Source: a virus. Taken from it: a stretch of 64,000 nucleotides of DNA. How positions within the stretch are numbered: the first letter of the stretch is position 1; every line of letters begins with the position of its first letter. A model generated the notes under the pieces. The model had not been told where the DNA came from, searched no databases, and saw only the letters and a program-made list of their open reading frames with translations. The position numbers were made by a program, and so were the translations under genes. The stretch is from positions 32,001 to 96,000 of the IMG/VR virus record IMGVR_UViG_3300021091_005099; one strand, 5' to 3'. This document shows, piece after piece, positions 27,465-36,550 of this stretch.

Positions 27465-28497
27465 CGTAGACCCTGTTGATCACGTTGTTGACCCTCACGA
27501 AGTGAGCGCACTTCGGCATGTCCTTGATACGTCTAGCTCCGATGTAGGTGCAGGTGCTTCTCACACCACCCAATATCTGTTCCACTGTGTCCTTCACAGG
27601 ACCTCGGTCATCCAGCAGCACTGTCTTTCCCTCTGTGCCTCTGTAGCCGTCCTTGCGCATGCCATACCTCTCAAAGGCCGACTCGGAACTCATGCCATAA
27701 AAAACTCTCTTGCCATCACGCAGCTCCAATTCTGATTCTTCATGTGCCGCCAGCATGCCTCCCAGCATCACGAAGTGTGCGCCGGCAGCCAGCGCCTTTG
27801 ACACGTCTCCGGACTGGGTGCAACCTCCATCGGCTATGATGTGCCCGCCAACTCCATTGGCAGCGTCAGCACACTCCACGATAGCGGAGAACTGCGGCAC
27901 TCCCACCCCGGTCTGAGTCCTGGTGGTGCACACGGATCCAGGCCCTATGCCGATCTTGACCACGTCTGCGCCGTTTATTATCAGTTCCTCTGTCATCTCA
28001 GGCGACACGACGTTGCCCGCTATCAGCACCTTGTCTGGGTATTCGGATCTTATCCTCTTCACAAAGTCCACGAACTGTTCGTGGTATGCGTTGGCCACGT
28101 CTATCGTTATGGTTGGTATGTCCGGGAATGCCCGCATGACCTGTTTCAGTGTCTGGTAGTCCTGCGTGTTCTCGTCCCATATGGCTCCCGTTCCCACGCA
28201 CGCAGACACATATTTGAATTTTATGCCTGTGCCCGCGGTCTGCTTCCATTGGTCTATAGTGTAGTGCTTGCGTATCACCGTCAGCATCTTGTAATCCTGT
28301 AGCACGCGTGCCATGGAAAAAGTGCCAACTCCATCCATGTTGCTGGCCATTATTGGTGTGTATGAAAGTTGTTTGCGGCTGTTCCTGAATGTGAAGTCTC
28401 TCGTCATGTCCACGTCTCTGCGAGAGTTAAGCGTGGATCTCTTGGGTTTGAGCAACACGTCGGAATAATCCAGATGCAGGGTGTGATCAATTCGCAT
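27454..28497 (-). CDS. guaC: GMP reductase
   Basis: LDYSDVLLKPKRSTL.SR, SNMDGVGTF, KIGIGPGSVCTTR, IIADGGC, FYGMSS, GVRSTCTYIGA. Confidence 0.93.
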   Translation of the reverse strand: MRIDHTLHLDYSDVLLKPKRSTLNSRRDVDMTRDFTFRNSRKQLSYTPIMASNMDGVGTFSMARVLQDYKMLTVIRKHYTIDQWKQTAGTGIKFKYVSACVGTGAIWDENTQDYQTLKQVMRAFPDIPTITIDVANAYHEQFVDFVKRIRSEYPDKVLIAGNVVSPEMTEELIINGADVVKIGIGPGSVCTTRTQTGVGVPQFSAIVECADAANGVGGHIIADGGCTQSGDVSKALAAGAHFVMLGGMLAAHEESELELRDGKRVFYGMSSESAFERYGMRKDGYRGTEGKTVLLDDRGPVKDTVEQILGGVRSTCTYIGARRIKDMPKCAHFVRVNNVINRVYDGK

Positions 28498-28765
28498 CCA
28501 TTTCTCCTTCTCTGGTCTTGCACATGTTCAATATGTTGTGGTAGTGATCCCATGCCTGCTTCAAAGCCGGATACTTCTGTCTAAGCTCTTCATCTTTTGA
28601 GGTGTAGAACATGTCTCCCCAATCCATCTGCACGTTGGCCGCCGTGGCCACTGTGCCCACGTTGATGTCTGTGTTGTACAACGTTTCATCCAGCGCAAAG
28701 GTTTCGCTGGCGTCCAGCTCAGGGAAAAGTGATGCAGAAGTCATTGCTGTAAGTTTTTTATCCAT
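28487..28765 (-). CDS. Hypothetical protein
   Basis: Ends with LRQKYPALKQAWDHY; start MDKK inferred. Confidence 0.55.
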   Translation of the reverse strand: MDKKLTAMTSASLFPELDASETFALDETLYNTDINVGTVATAANVQMDWGDMFYTSKDEELRQKYPALKQAWDHYHNILNMCKTREGEMDAN

Positions 28766-29510
28766 TTGGCCCACACTGTGCTTCCTGCAGTTGTATGTTG
28801 TGCATAAATTCACTCTTCAATGCCGGGTCCGTCTTCAATAACCCCTTCAGCACCGTGGTCTGCGTGCTGGAATCACCGCTTCTTATCCCTCGGTTCTCGC
28901 AGCAGCCGTGTCTGGCCCTGATGTAGACACCCACTGCCGGGCTTTCCGTGAGCTGTGCTATCTTGTATGCTATCTTCTCTGTGAGCTCTTCCTGCAGATG
29001 TCCTCTCGCGGCCTGGTGCTGCGCTATCCTGGTGTACTTGCTGAGTCCGATCAGACGCTTGCCCGGGAGACATCCGATGTAGCACACGCCCGTCATGGGC
29101 TGATGGTGATGCGAGCACATGCTCTTGATGTCGGACCTGATCACTATCAGCTGATCGTATCTGCCATCTTCGTTGGGAAATGTCGTGACTTCTGGTGGAG
29201 GGTTGTATCTCCCTCCCATGATCTCCGTTATGTACATCTTGGCCAGCCTGCGGCCTGTGCCAACGCTGTTGGGATCATTGGTCCTGTCTATGACCAAGCT
29301 GTCCAGCACAGCGTCGAATTTCGTGGTCAGCTCGTCAATCAGTTTTTCTCTCTCCCCATTTTCAATATATCTGCTGATGTTGTCCGCCGCGAAGAACCTC
29401 TCACCTGACTTCACTATCCTTTCGCGTATCTGCTGGCTGATCGGCTTGTTTTTGTCAGTCCAAGTGTCCATCAAACCCCCTGACATGATATCTTTACGTG
29501 TGTCTGACAT
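28758..29510 (-). CDS. folE: GTP cyclohydrolase I
   Basis: SMCSHH, IGLSKYTR, LQEELT, HGCCENRG. Confidence 0.93.
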   Translation of the reverse strand: MSDTRKDIMSGGLMDTWTDKNKPISQQIRERIVKSGERFFAADNISRYIENGEREKLIDELTTKFDAVLDSLVIDRTNDPNSVGTGRRLAKMYITEIMGGRYNPPPEVTTFPNEDGRYDQLIVIRSDIKSMCSHHHQPMTGVCYIGCLPGKRLIGLSKYTRIAQHQAARGHLQEELTEKIAYKIAQLTESPAVGVYIRARHGCCENRGIRSGDSSTQTTVLKGLLKTDPALKSEFMHNIQLQEAQCGPNG

Positions 29511-30550
29511 CAGTTAAATTCTTTTTGGTTAATCTTGTTATACCATTTTACAGCAGTGGCCACGATGTTGTCAATAGAACTGTGTGATGGCCGCCAGCCA
29601 AGTTCTGTGTTCGCGCGTGTGTTGTCGGCCACCAGCACAGGTGGATCGCCCGCCCTGCGCGGCATTTCCATTATCTTGATGTGCCCCACGTATTTTTTTA
29701 TGGTCTCCAACAGTTGCCTGTTGCTTGTGCTGATGCCGGAGCCCAGGTTATAAGTCTCACAGATCACATCACCAGACGCTCGCTGCAGTGCCAGCACGTG
29801 CGCCACCGCGAGATCGGTCACGTGGACATAGTCTCTCACACAGGTCCCATCCGCTGTGTCAAAATCAGTGCCAAACAGCTTGAATTCTCGATCTCTATGT
29901 GCTGCATCTATGGCCAATGGTATGATATGCGTCTCGTCCTCGCGCAGTTCACCGATCTCGCTGTCAGCGTCCGCTCCCGCGGCGTTGAAATAGCGCAGGC
30001 TGACGCTGCTCAGTCCATAGGCCACATGATAGTCCTTCAATACATTTTCAATCATCAACTTGCTCCTGCCATACGGGTTGATTGGATGCAGGTTGATGTC
30101 ATCATCCCTGGCCACTCCGTTGGCGGGAATGCCATACACTGCAGCGCTTGAAGAGAAGACCACCTTGTTGATGCCTAGATCTCTCAACTTGTCCAACAAC
30201 TGCACAGTCATTATCACGTTGTTCTTGTAATATTTAGATGGATCTCTCACAGACTCTCCCACCTGGGTGTGCGCGGCGAAATGTATACAGGAGTCTATGT
30301 TGTATCTGTTGATGATTTCCTGCAGGAAGTCAGTGTCTCTGGGCAGATGGCATTCAAATGCCGGTCCAAACTGCGTGGCCCAGGGTTTGGTCTTGATGTC
30401 TCTGTCAACCACGACCGGAGTGAACCCATTCTTGGTCAGCTCCTTGGCGGTGTGAGAACCGATGTAGCCGGCCCCTCCCACTACCAGCACCGACTTGCTG
30501 ATGCCTTTAGTACTTGGCTTCGGGCGCATACGTCCTGTAGTCGCTTCCAT
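29510..30550 (-). CDS. galE: UDP-glucose 4-epimerase
   Basis: GGAGYIGSH, HFAA...VGES, SSSAAVYG, NPYGRSK, LRYFNAAGAD, DGTCVRDYVHV. Confidence 0.92.
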   Translation of the reverse strand: MEATTGRMRPKPSTKGISKSVLVVGGAGYIGSHTAKELTKNGFTPVVVDRDIKTKPWATQFGPAFECHLPRDTDFLQEIINRYNIDSCIHFAAHTQVGESVRDPSKYYKNNVIMTVQLLDKLRDLGINKVVFSSSAAVYGIPANGVARDDDINLHPINPYGRSKLMIENVLKDYHVAYGLSSVSLRYFNAAGADADSEIGELREDETHIIPLAIDAAHRDREFKLFGTDFDTADGTCVRDYVHVTDLAVAHVLALQRASGDVICETYNLGSGISTSNRQLLETIKKYVGHIKIMEMPRRAGDPPVLVADNTRANTELGWRPSHSSIDNIVATAVKWYNKINQKEFN

Positions 30551-31685
30551 CTCTCCTCCATTGCTCTCCCTTGCCTGTAATGATGTCGATCATTCTGTCC
30601 ACCGTGCCGTCGGTCCAATCCGATATCTTGCCCATGTTTGGCGATGGTGCCTGCAACAACACTTTCAATTTTTGCATGGCGTCTCTGCTGCTCCATGGCA
30701 CGTACATCCTGCTGTCGTCATTGGCGAATGTTTCTGGGAATGACCTATATGCCGGAAAAAGAACATTGCAGCCCAGTGTGTCAGCTTCGGACACTGTGTT
30801 TGACACCCAGTCCTGCAGTGCGCAGTTGAACAGCACTCTGGTGTCATTCAACAGTTCATAGTAGTCATTTTTTTTCAAGTGTTCGTAAATTTTAATTTTG
30901 CCAGACTTCTCCAAGTGCCTTGCGCGATGAACATAGTTTATGTTGTTGGATCGCAATGGTCCGCCACAGTAAACGGCGAACTCCGTGGCAGGCAATGACT
31001 CGTCGGCAAGCCATTGCTCGATTAGATCCATGAAAAACCCTGGCTGCTTTTCCTGATCCCATCTGGCGGCGTAGCCAACTCTCATTGTTCTTTGATCAAA
31101 TGGTCTGATGGTCTTGATTCTCTCCAGCACTTCCTGTTTGCCATAACTCAGACCGGAAATGTTGTAGATGGGAGCGCGCCAGTTGGCTATTCTCATATGT
31201 GCCACCATCTCCTCGTTCGTGGCAAGTATATGCACGTTGGGTATCTCGTTGCACATCTGTTCATACAGGCTCATCCATCGGCTCATGCGCCAGACATGCA
31301 CGAAGTCATCTGGATCTATGGACTGTGCCAGGCACCTTAGATATATCCTCGGCCTGTACTTCTCTGGCGACTGTTGTATGATGTAGGGCAGCGATTCCAT
31401 GCCCGGTTGGAACATGTCCTCAAAAAATATCACGTCATCAGAAGTAACTTCTCCAGATTTCATCATGCGAACCAAATTCATCATCTGGCTCATGCCGAAA
31501 TAGCTCCTGCCGTGTGCGTCCAGCACCTGTCCAGTCACTATGGCTTTGGAATTGTCTATGGTGGTGCCGGGCACGACCACGTAGTCTATGCCGCGTTTCT
31601 TGTAGATTCTCTCGGTCCAATCGGTTAACTGTAGCGTGTAGCGACCTTCATAGGGCTCCAGGCCCATGTAAAATATTTTCATCAC
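30507..31685 (-). CDS. GT-B (GT4-like) glycosyltransferase
   Basis: AARWDQEKQP, FNCALQDWVSNTVSEA, SFPE donor-binding region. Confidence 0.65.
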   Translation of the reverse strand: MMKIFYMGLEPYEGRYTLQLTDWTERIYKKRGIDYVVVPGTTIDNSKAIVTGQVLDAHGRSYFGMSQMMNLVRMMKSGEVTSDDVIFFEDMFQPGMESLPYIIQQSPEKYRPRIYLRCLAQSIDPDDFVHVWRMSRWMSLYEQMCNEIPNVHILATNEEMVAHMRIANWRAPIYNISGLSYGKQEVLERIKTIRPFDQRTMRVGYAARWDQEKQPGFFMDLIEQWLADESLPATEFAVYCGGPLRSNNINYVHRARHLEKSGKIKIYEHLKKNDYYELLNDTRVLFNCALQDWVSNTVSEADTLGCNVLFPAYRSFPETFANDDSRMYVPWSSRDAMQKLKVLLQAPSPNMGKISDWTDGTVDRMIDIITGKGEQWRRDGSDYRTYAPEAKY

Positions 31686-31987
31686 GTGCTTACAATCACC
31701 TCCTTCTGGCTCTTCTTACCTACCAGCACGTGGGTGTGATACCCATGCATGGGATTGGTTTTCAAATATCTCATTAGGTCCGCCAAAATATTGTCATTGC
31801 CTTCATGTATTAAAAATTGATACAACGGTTCTGCTCGTCCATACAATGTCTCGTTAGAATCTAAAACTATGAATCCTCCCCATTCCACGGCAAAATCACT
31901 GAGATAATTTTCTCCGTAATGACGGAAGGTTTGATTGTTATTGATGTTAACGCCAGCATGTGGTTCAAATACTAATCTTATTCTCAT
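31682..31987 (-). CDS. Hypothetical protein
   Basis: 101 aa, coupled within the deazaguanine operon. Confidence 0.55.
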   Translation of the reverse strand: MRIRLVFEPHAGVNINNNQTFRHYGENYLSDFAVEWGGFIVLDSNETLYGRAEPLYQFLIHEGNDNILADLMRYLKTNPMHGYHTHVLVGKKSQKEVIVST

Positions 31988-32343
31988 CGAGCAATCCTTG
32001 TTAATTTGACACCACCATCACTAGTGTGTTTGATATGGTAATCACACTTCGCTCGCAGATGCAGCCATGTCCTGATCTTTTCATCCCGAACATATAGGGT
32101 CACCGTGTCTTCCATGTCATCATTGTAGCCGTGATACGCCCAGATGAAATCCTTGCCATAGGTATAACCAGCGCTGCCCATCATGGTGCAAACATTGGCC
32201 ACGGCATCCACGAAGGTGTAGTCGGCATTTAGAGCCCCGCCACCTATGGGGAGATATCCTTTCCTCCGGGTCAGCGTTCTGACCGGAATGTTTACTTCTA
32301 TGTTAACCTCTTGGGTATTCTGCTTTCGAGCCATTCTCTCCAT
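31984..32343 (-). CDS. Hypothetical protein
   Basis: 119 aa, coupled within the operon. Confidence 0.55.
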   Translation of the reverse strand: MERMARKQNTQEVNIEVNIPVRTLTRRKGYLPIGGGALNADYTFVDAVANVCTMMGSAGYTYGKDFIWAYHGYNDDMEDTVTLYVRDEKIRTWLHLRAKCDYHIKHTSDGGVKLTRIAR

Positions 32344-32725
32344 CCTCTGATACTTCTATTGTTATTTTTCTGCCTGGATAACGTTGTATGATCGCGAGAT
32401 ACAGATCATCCGATATCATTTCACAACTTTTGTAATCAAGTGCCAGCGTCTTCTCTGTGTATAATTTTTCCAACCATCTCTTGAACTGTATGAATTCAAT
32501 GTCTCGGTCATCGTGGAACACCTCTATCGCTACATGAAAATGGAACATGTGCCTGTGGGGATAGCCCAAGAAGCTCACGTCATATTCATCACCTGTGGCC
32601 AATTTTGAATCTGTCAGTGCCGCGGGATATTTGTGTATGCCTTCCTTGCGGAAAGTGACCCAGATCATCTTTGAGCTTTGACCTAATTTTTCTTTCAGTG
32701 CCTGCTCTCTCTGTGCTTCTATCAT
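32303..32725 (-). CDS. dpdL: QueD-like T-fold protein (DpdL type)
   Basis: EGIH, LGYPHRHMF (LxxxHRHxF in place of QueD CxxxHGH), RDIEF, SCEMI, VSEDGENG. Confidence 0.65.
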   Translation of the reverse strand: MIEAQREQALKEKLGQSSKMIWVTFRKEGIHKYPAALTDSKLATGDEYDVSFLGYPHRHMFHFHVAIEVFHDDRDIEFIQFKRWLEKLYTEKTLALDYKSCEMISDDLYLAIIQRYPGRKITIEVSEDGENGSKAEYPRG

Positions 32726-33240
32726 TTTATGATTTCATCCTTGCCATATTGGTCCCAATCTGTGAATCCCGACTTTTCTTTAAATTCTTTCATGCTCATG
32801 GTCCACACTCCTGGATTGCTGTGTCTGAAAGTGACATCGTCTATCTTGAAGTGCAGTTGTTGGTCATCGTCGCTGTGCTGGAATATGATGGAGCAAAATG
32901 GTATGAACCTAGGTTCGTTCCATATCAGTGCGAATCTTTTCTTGACTTCTTCGTGATCAGCGTAGGGATAATCGATGGTGACATAATAACCATTGTCCAA
33001 CAACTTTTTCATCTGGAAAACCTGCGTGCCTAGGTTGTACTGGAACGTCCTGTTGGCTCCATAATACACTGCCTCGCAGCCATTCATGGTGGCCAGTTCC
33101 AACACATCATCAGTGCTTAGACTATTTGTGGCCAAAAATAAAGTTCTTTTACCATATGCAATGGTGTGCTCAATTTCAACGCCAGTGAACACATTGACCT
33201 CGCTGTTGCTATAATGTCCTGTTGCATAATCTCTGTTCAT
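32722..33240 (-). CDS. Hypothetical protein of the dpdA neighbourhood
   Basis: FTGVEIEHT.AYG..TLF, VYYGAN, KIDD..F..SNPGVW. Confidence 0.6.
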   Translation of the reverse strand: MNRDYATGHYSNSEVNVFTGVEIEHTIAYGKRTLFLATNSLSTDDVLELATMNGCEAVYYGANRTFQYNLGTQVFQMKKLLDNGYYVTIDYPYADHEEVKKRFALIWNEPRFIPFCSIIFQHSDDDQQLHFKIDDVTFRHSNPGVWTMSMKEFKEKSGFTDWDQYGKDEIIK

Positions 33241-33248
33241 GTTGCCTA

Positions 33249-33276
33249 ATTGTAGCATGATAATTTAATTTGTCAA
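33249..33276 (-). promoter_or_regulatory. Sigma70-like promoter with extended -10
   Basis: TTGACA-16 bp-TACAAT, with TG.; ATG 8 nt downstream. Confidence 0.6.
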
Positions 33277-33278
33277 AG

Positions 33279-33479
33279 CTATTCGCTGTTTACCAGTTGT
33301 TTTTCCAGTTCCGTGATCTGATCTTTGAGCGATAATTTCTCCTTTTTCAATCGCATCAATATGCTTTTGCTTTCAATGCTCCTGTCATGACGTCGAAGCT
33401 CGGTAACCTCTTCCACCTTCCTGTTGAGGTAATCATGATGCATCTTAAGTTTTCTCAGTTGCTTGTTCTTGTTGGCCAT
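33279..33479 (-). CDS. DUF465/YdcH-like small coiled-coil protein
   Basis: H..L...V...RLKKEKLSLKDQI; GGAGG RBS. Confidence 0.65.
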   Translation of the reverse strand: MANKNKQLRKLKMHHDYLNRKVEEVTELRRHDRSIESKSILMRLKKEKLSLKDQITELEKQLVNSE

Positions 33480-33480
33480 T

Positions 33481-34926
33481 TTATCCTCCTTCGAATAGTG
33501 AACTGAAGTTGTTCTTGCCCTTGCCGCCACCAGTGGCTCTCTGCCATCTGGTGCCCCTTATGTCTGCCAGGAATGATGTGGCGGAACTGATCAACTCCAT
33601 TGGTTTTTCCGACTCAAACACCTCCTTCACGAACGTGTTGAAATACAGTATGTTTCTCGGAACGAAATCGCTCATCTGATCTGTGTTGTCCGATTCCTTG
33701 ATCTTTCTCCAGTGTTTGGCTTCCGGTTGGTGCTTGATCATTTCTATGTCATTCATGTCATTGGCAATCTGTACAGCTCTGATGTGATTGTATACGTTGT
33801 GTGCCATCATTAATATATAACTGAAACTATCCCAAGAAGTTTTGCCTTCTTTGTTGTTTTTATTTAGGTCACCTTCTCCATACCAGCAAACATCTCCCAT
33901 GTGTAATCGATTACCGATAGCACTCTTGAATGGGAATGGTATGGTGCTGCCTTTCAATCTTTTGTCATCTGGTGCTTTCTCCATGATATAACTCCATCTC
34001 TTGGGAGTGAATAGATTGTGTGTGTACACTAAGCCATTGGCTGTGCTTAGGAAAGCGGATGCTGAATCAAAACTAATCGTGACATCTGGATTTACATGTT
34101 TTCTTAACTGTCTCTGTATCTGTGTTAAGAAACAAGCCCAATCCAGTTGTGATGTGCCCAGCACGTGTATCCAATTTTTCTTGTCCAATTTCTTCTCATC
34201 TCTCATTATGACCAATCTTTTTAACAAGACTTCCATGTCGCACATGTTGATGCCACCCATTGCCCATCCTTCAAACTCAAAATCTTTGATGGCATCATAC
34301 CATGTTTGTGCCGTTTCCCAATCATCTCCTTGTAATACGTTCAAAAATTTAGTTTGTCCCAATCTGTTCTTTTGGAAGAATTTGTTGTTATAGATTGTGC
34401 CATTTAGAGTGTCTTGAAAACTCTTCAATCCTGTTTTTGGAGAGTTTAATTCATCCGCTGCCCAGGTTGGCACGTCCAGCGTCATAGACCAGTCAGCGGT
34501 TAATTCTAACCAATTTAGAATATTGCTTCTAACTTTATTGGCTTTGTTACCTTCGAAATCCTGCCAATCAAAATTAATAACTCCTCGGCCTATCTGATAC
34601 CCACCCGAATCACCCACTATGGTAGAAAATTTTCTGTCTCTCTGTATACACATACTGTCAGCCACAGGTGCTTTTTCCACGTCTAGACAAGCATGTCCTG
34701 CTGAATATAAACCCACATCATAGGTAAAATAACCTTTCTCTGGATTAAGAAAGTTTAATCCCTCCACATCATTCTCAAAACCTTTAGGTATTCTTTCTTT
34801 AGATATGTGATCGCCTTTCGCTCTCTGCTTGCTGATGAAGGTGTTGTAGAAATTGGATATGGCCGGCAAGAATCGGGCAAAGTCCCTGTTCAAAGGCCCT
34901 AGATGTTCCTGCCTGTTATCTGGCAT
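33481..34926 (-). CDS. dpdA: DNA 7-deazaguanine transglycosylase (TGT-like, long DpdA2 type)
   Basis: GDSGGYQ, SMTLDVP, LNVLQG, GWAMGG, IHVLG, SFDSAS; context folE/queE/yhhQ; start MPDNRQ. Confidence 0.85.
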   Translation of the reverse strand: MPDNRQEHLGPLNRDFARFLPAISNFYNTFISKQRAKGDHISKERIPKGFENDVEGLNFLNPEKGYFTYDVGLYSAGHACLDVEKAPVADSMCIQRDRKFSTIVGDSGGYQIGRGVINFDWQDFEGNKANKVRSNILNWLELTADWSMTLDVPTWAADELNSPKTGLKSFQDTLNGTIYNNKFFQKNRLGQTKFLNVLQGDDWETAQTWYDAIKDFEFEGWAMGGINMCDMEVLLKRLVIMRDEKKLDKKNWIHVLGTSQLDWACFLTQIQRQLRKHVNPDVTISFDSASAFLSTANGLVYTHNLFTPKRWSYIMEKAPDDKRLKGSTIPFPFKSAIGNRLHMGDVCWYGEGDLNKNNKEGKTSWDSFSYILMMAHNVYNHIRAVQIANDMNDIEMIKHQPEAKHWRKIKESDNTDQMSDFVPRNILYFNTFVKEVFESEKPMELISSATSFLADIRGTRWQRATGGGKGKNNFSSLFEGG

Positions 34927-35663
34927 CACTGCGCCTGTGCTGGTATGATGTAACGATATACGCCAACTCCCGAATCCACTGTGACCTGCATTGCGCCCTC
35001 GTTGGAGAAATGCAAGGTTACCTTGGCGGAGTCGCTCAGTTTCAATATCTGGAGAACCTGCGCCACTGGCCAGCTCCAACCTTTATTGAGAGTGCCCTTG
35101 ACACCTGTGGCGAAAGTGAATTCACCGCCATGAGATGCCTGATCACCAAACGTGAATATGAGGTTGCCGTTGTCGGTCCTCACCACGAAGGTGTTGTGTT
35201 CTGTGTTGGCGACAGATTGGAAGTTGAATCTCTGCACGCCCGCCACTGTGGGCTCGATCTCCACGTCCCACTTGACGCCTTTGAATTTGATAGTTTTCAG
35301 TTTCTCGTTGATGATCTCGGCGTTCATGAAACGATAATCGTTCTTGAAATCACCCTTCTCGTTCTCAAAGTGTATGCCCACAGGCACTTCGGCATTGTTT
35401 CTTGTGCCTTTGATCACCGTGATGTGTGCCTTGTCCTTGTATTCGGGACATTTCAGATGTATGTCCAACTTGTTCAATTGTGGCATCCCAAACGTGCCCG
35501 CCAATCCTGCCTGTGGCTGTTTGAATGTGCCTTGCAGTATCACTGACCGATCTTCGGCCATGGAATCTATCGCCGTTTCATCTGCTGTGCCTGTGATCTT
35601 GACCAGGTCTAGGAATCCTAAGCCGTACGTGTGCTTGACTATGTCTCTTAATATGTCTATCAT
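34926..35663 (-). CDS. Probable DNA polymerase sliding clamp
   Basis: 245 aa, clamp-like beta pattern, C-terminal YRYIIPA; two genes downstream of the polymerase. Confidence 0.6.
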   Translation of the reverse strand: MIDILRDIVKHTYGLGFLDLVKITGTADETAIDSMAEDRSVILQGTFKQPQAGLAGTFGMPQLNKLDIHLKCPEYKDKAHITVIKGTRNNAEVPVGIHFENEKGDFKNDYRFMNAEIINEKLKTIKFKGVKWDVEIEPTVAGVQRFNFQSVANTEHNTFVVRTDNGNLIFTFGDQASHGGEFTFATGVKGTLNKGWSWPVAQVLQILKLSDSAKVTLHFSNEGAMQVTVDSGVGVYRYIIPAQAQ

Positions 35664-35693
35664 TTTTTGCCTGTTCTTAAAAGTTTATTTTGT

Positions 35694-35722
35694 ATTGTAC
35701 AAGGTATTTAGAAAAAAATCAA
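35694..35722 (-). promoter_or_regulatory. Sigma70-like promoter with nested late TAAATA box
   Basis: TTGATT-17 bp-TACAAT; TAAATA at 35705-35710. Confidence 0.65.
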
Positions 35723-35730
35723 GTGTTGAA

Positions 35731-36549
35731 TTATTTTTCCACAGGCACTTCTATGACTTGATATAACACAGGATTATCTTTACCAGGTTTCTTAAATATG
35801 GCATAGTTATTCCCTGGAGAGAATTGATCCATCTCTAACACGTCATATCCAGTTTCTTGGATGATTTTTGTCATGGCAGATTTAGTATTGTAATTCCAAT
35901 AGCCCCTTTTGGCCTCGTGAAGATCACGATCATATTCGCAATTGGCATAATGTATAAACACATAGCCACCTGGTAAGATAACTCTGGATATATCTTTGAG
36001 ATATTCTCTTATGTGTTCCTGCGTGAAAAATGTAAATGTGTCCCAACTGAAAACAAAATTCACTGCATTGTCCGGTATCTCATGGCATGCGGTTCTATCT
36101 GTGGTGTAAAACTTGATGTATTTGTGCTGCTGTGGATTGAACAATTTTTTAATTTTGCTGTGGCATTGCGGCAATATGTCCACATAGAAGTTTAATCTCC
36201 ATGCCAAAAATAATCTACTAAATTTTCCGTATCCTGGCCCAATTTCTAAACTGTTGTATAGGGCAGAACTGGCCCCCATTTTAGAAAACTGTCCAATCTT
36301 GCTTTCAATTTTATCAAACAACAGTTTATCATTGAATCCCTCTCGTCTCTCGTGGCGCCACTCCATGTCCTTGGCATACCAGTCCTTGGTCTTGTCCAGT
36401 CTATCTATCTGATCTTGATTATTGATATCAACTGTGGTGGCCAACTCTTTCAATATTTTGAGATTATCATCGATTAATTTTTGAAAATCGTGTGATTTAA
36501 TTTTTTCCAATTTCTCTATCAGCAACTTGATTTCTTCTATGCTTAACAT
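35731..36549 (-). CDS. Class I SAM-dependent methyltransferase
   Basis: LEIGPGYG, VDI, FVFSWDTF, RVILPGG. Confidence 0.8.
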   Translation of the reverse strand: MLSIEEIKLLIEKLEKIKSHDFQKLIDDNLKILKELATTVDINNQDQIDRLDKTKDWYAKDMEWRHERREGFNDKLLFDKIESKIGQFSKMGASSALYNSLEIGPGYGKFSRLFLAWRLNFYVDILPQCHSKIKKLFNPQQHKYIKFYTTDRTACHEIPDNAVNFVFSWDTFTFFTQEHIREYLKDISRVILPGGYVFIHYANCEYDRDLHEAKRGYWNYNTKSAMTKIIQETGYDVLEMDQFSPGNNYAIFKKPGKDNPVLYQVIEVPVEK

Positions 36550-36550
36550 G

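Noticed and set aside
27454-28497. IMP dehydrogenase (guaB)
   Set aside because: 347 aa, no CBS domains, and the KRSTL.SR and NMDGVG motifs match GMP reductase
33481-34926. Canonical tRNA-guanine transglycosylase (tgt)
   Set aside because: It lacks the CxCxxC zinc site and sits in a phage replication operon; DpdA fits better
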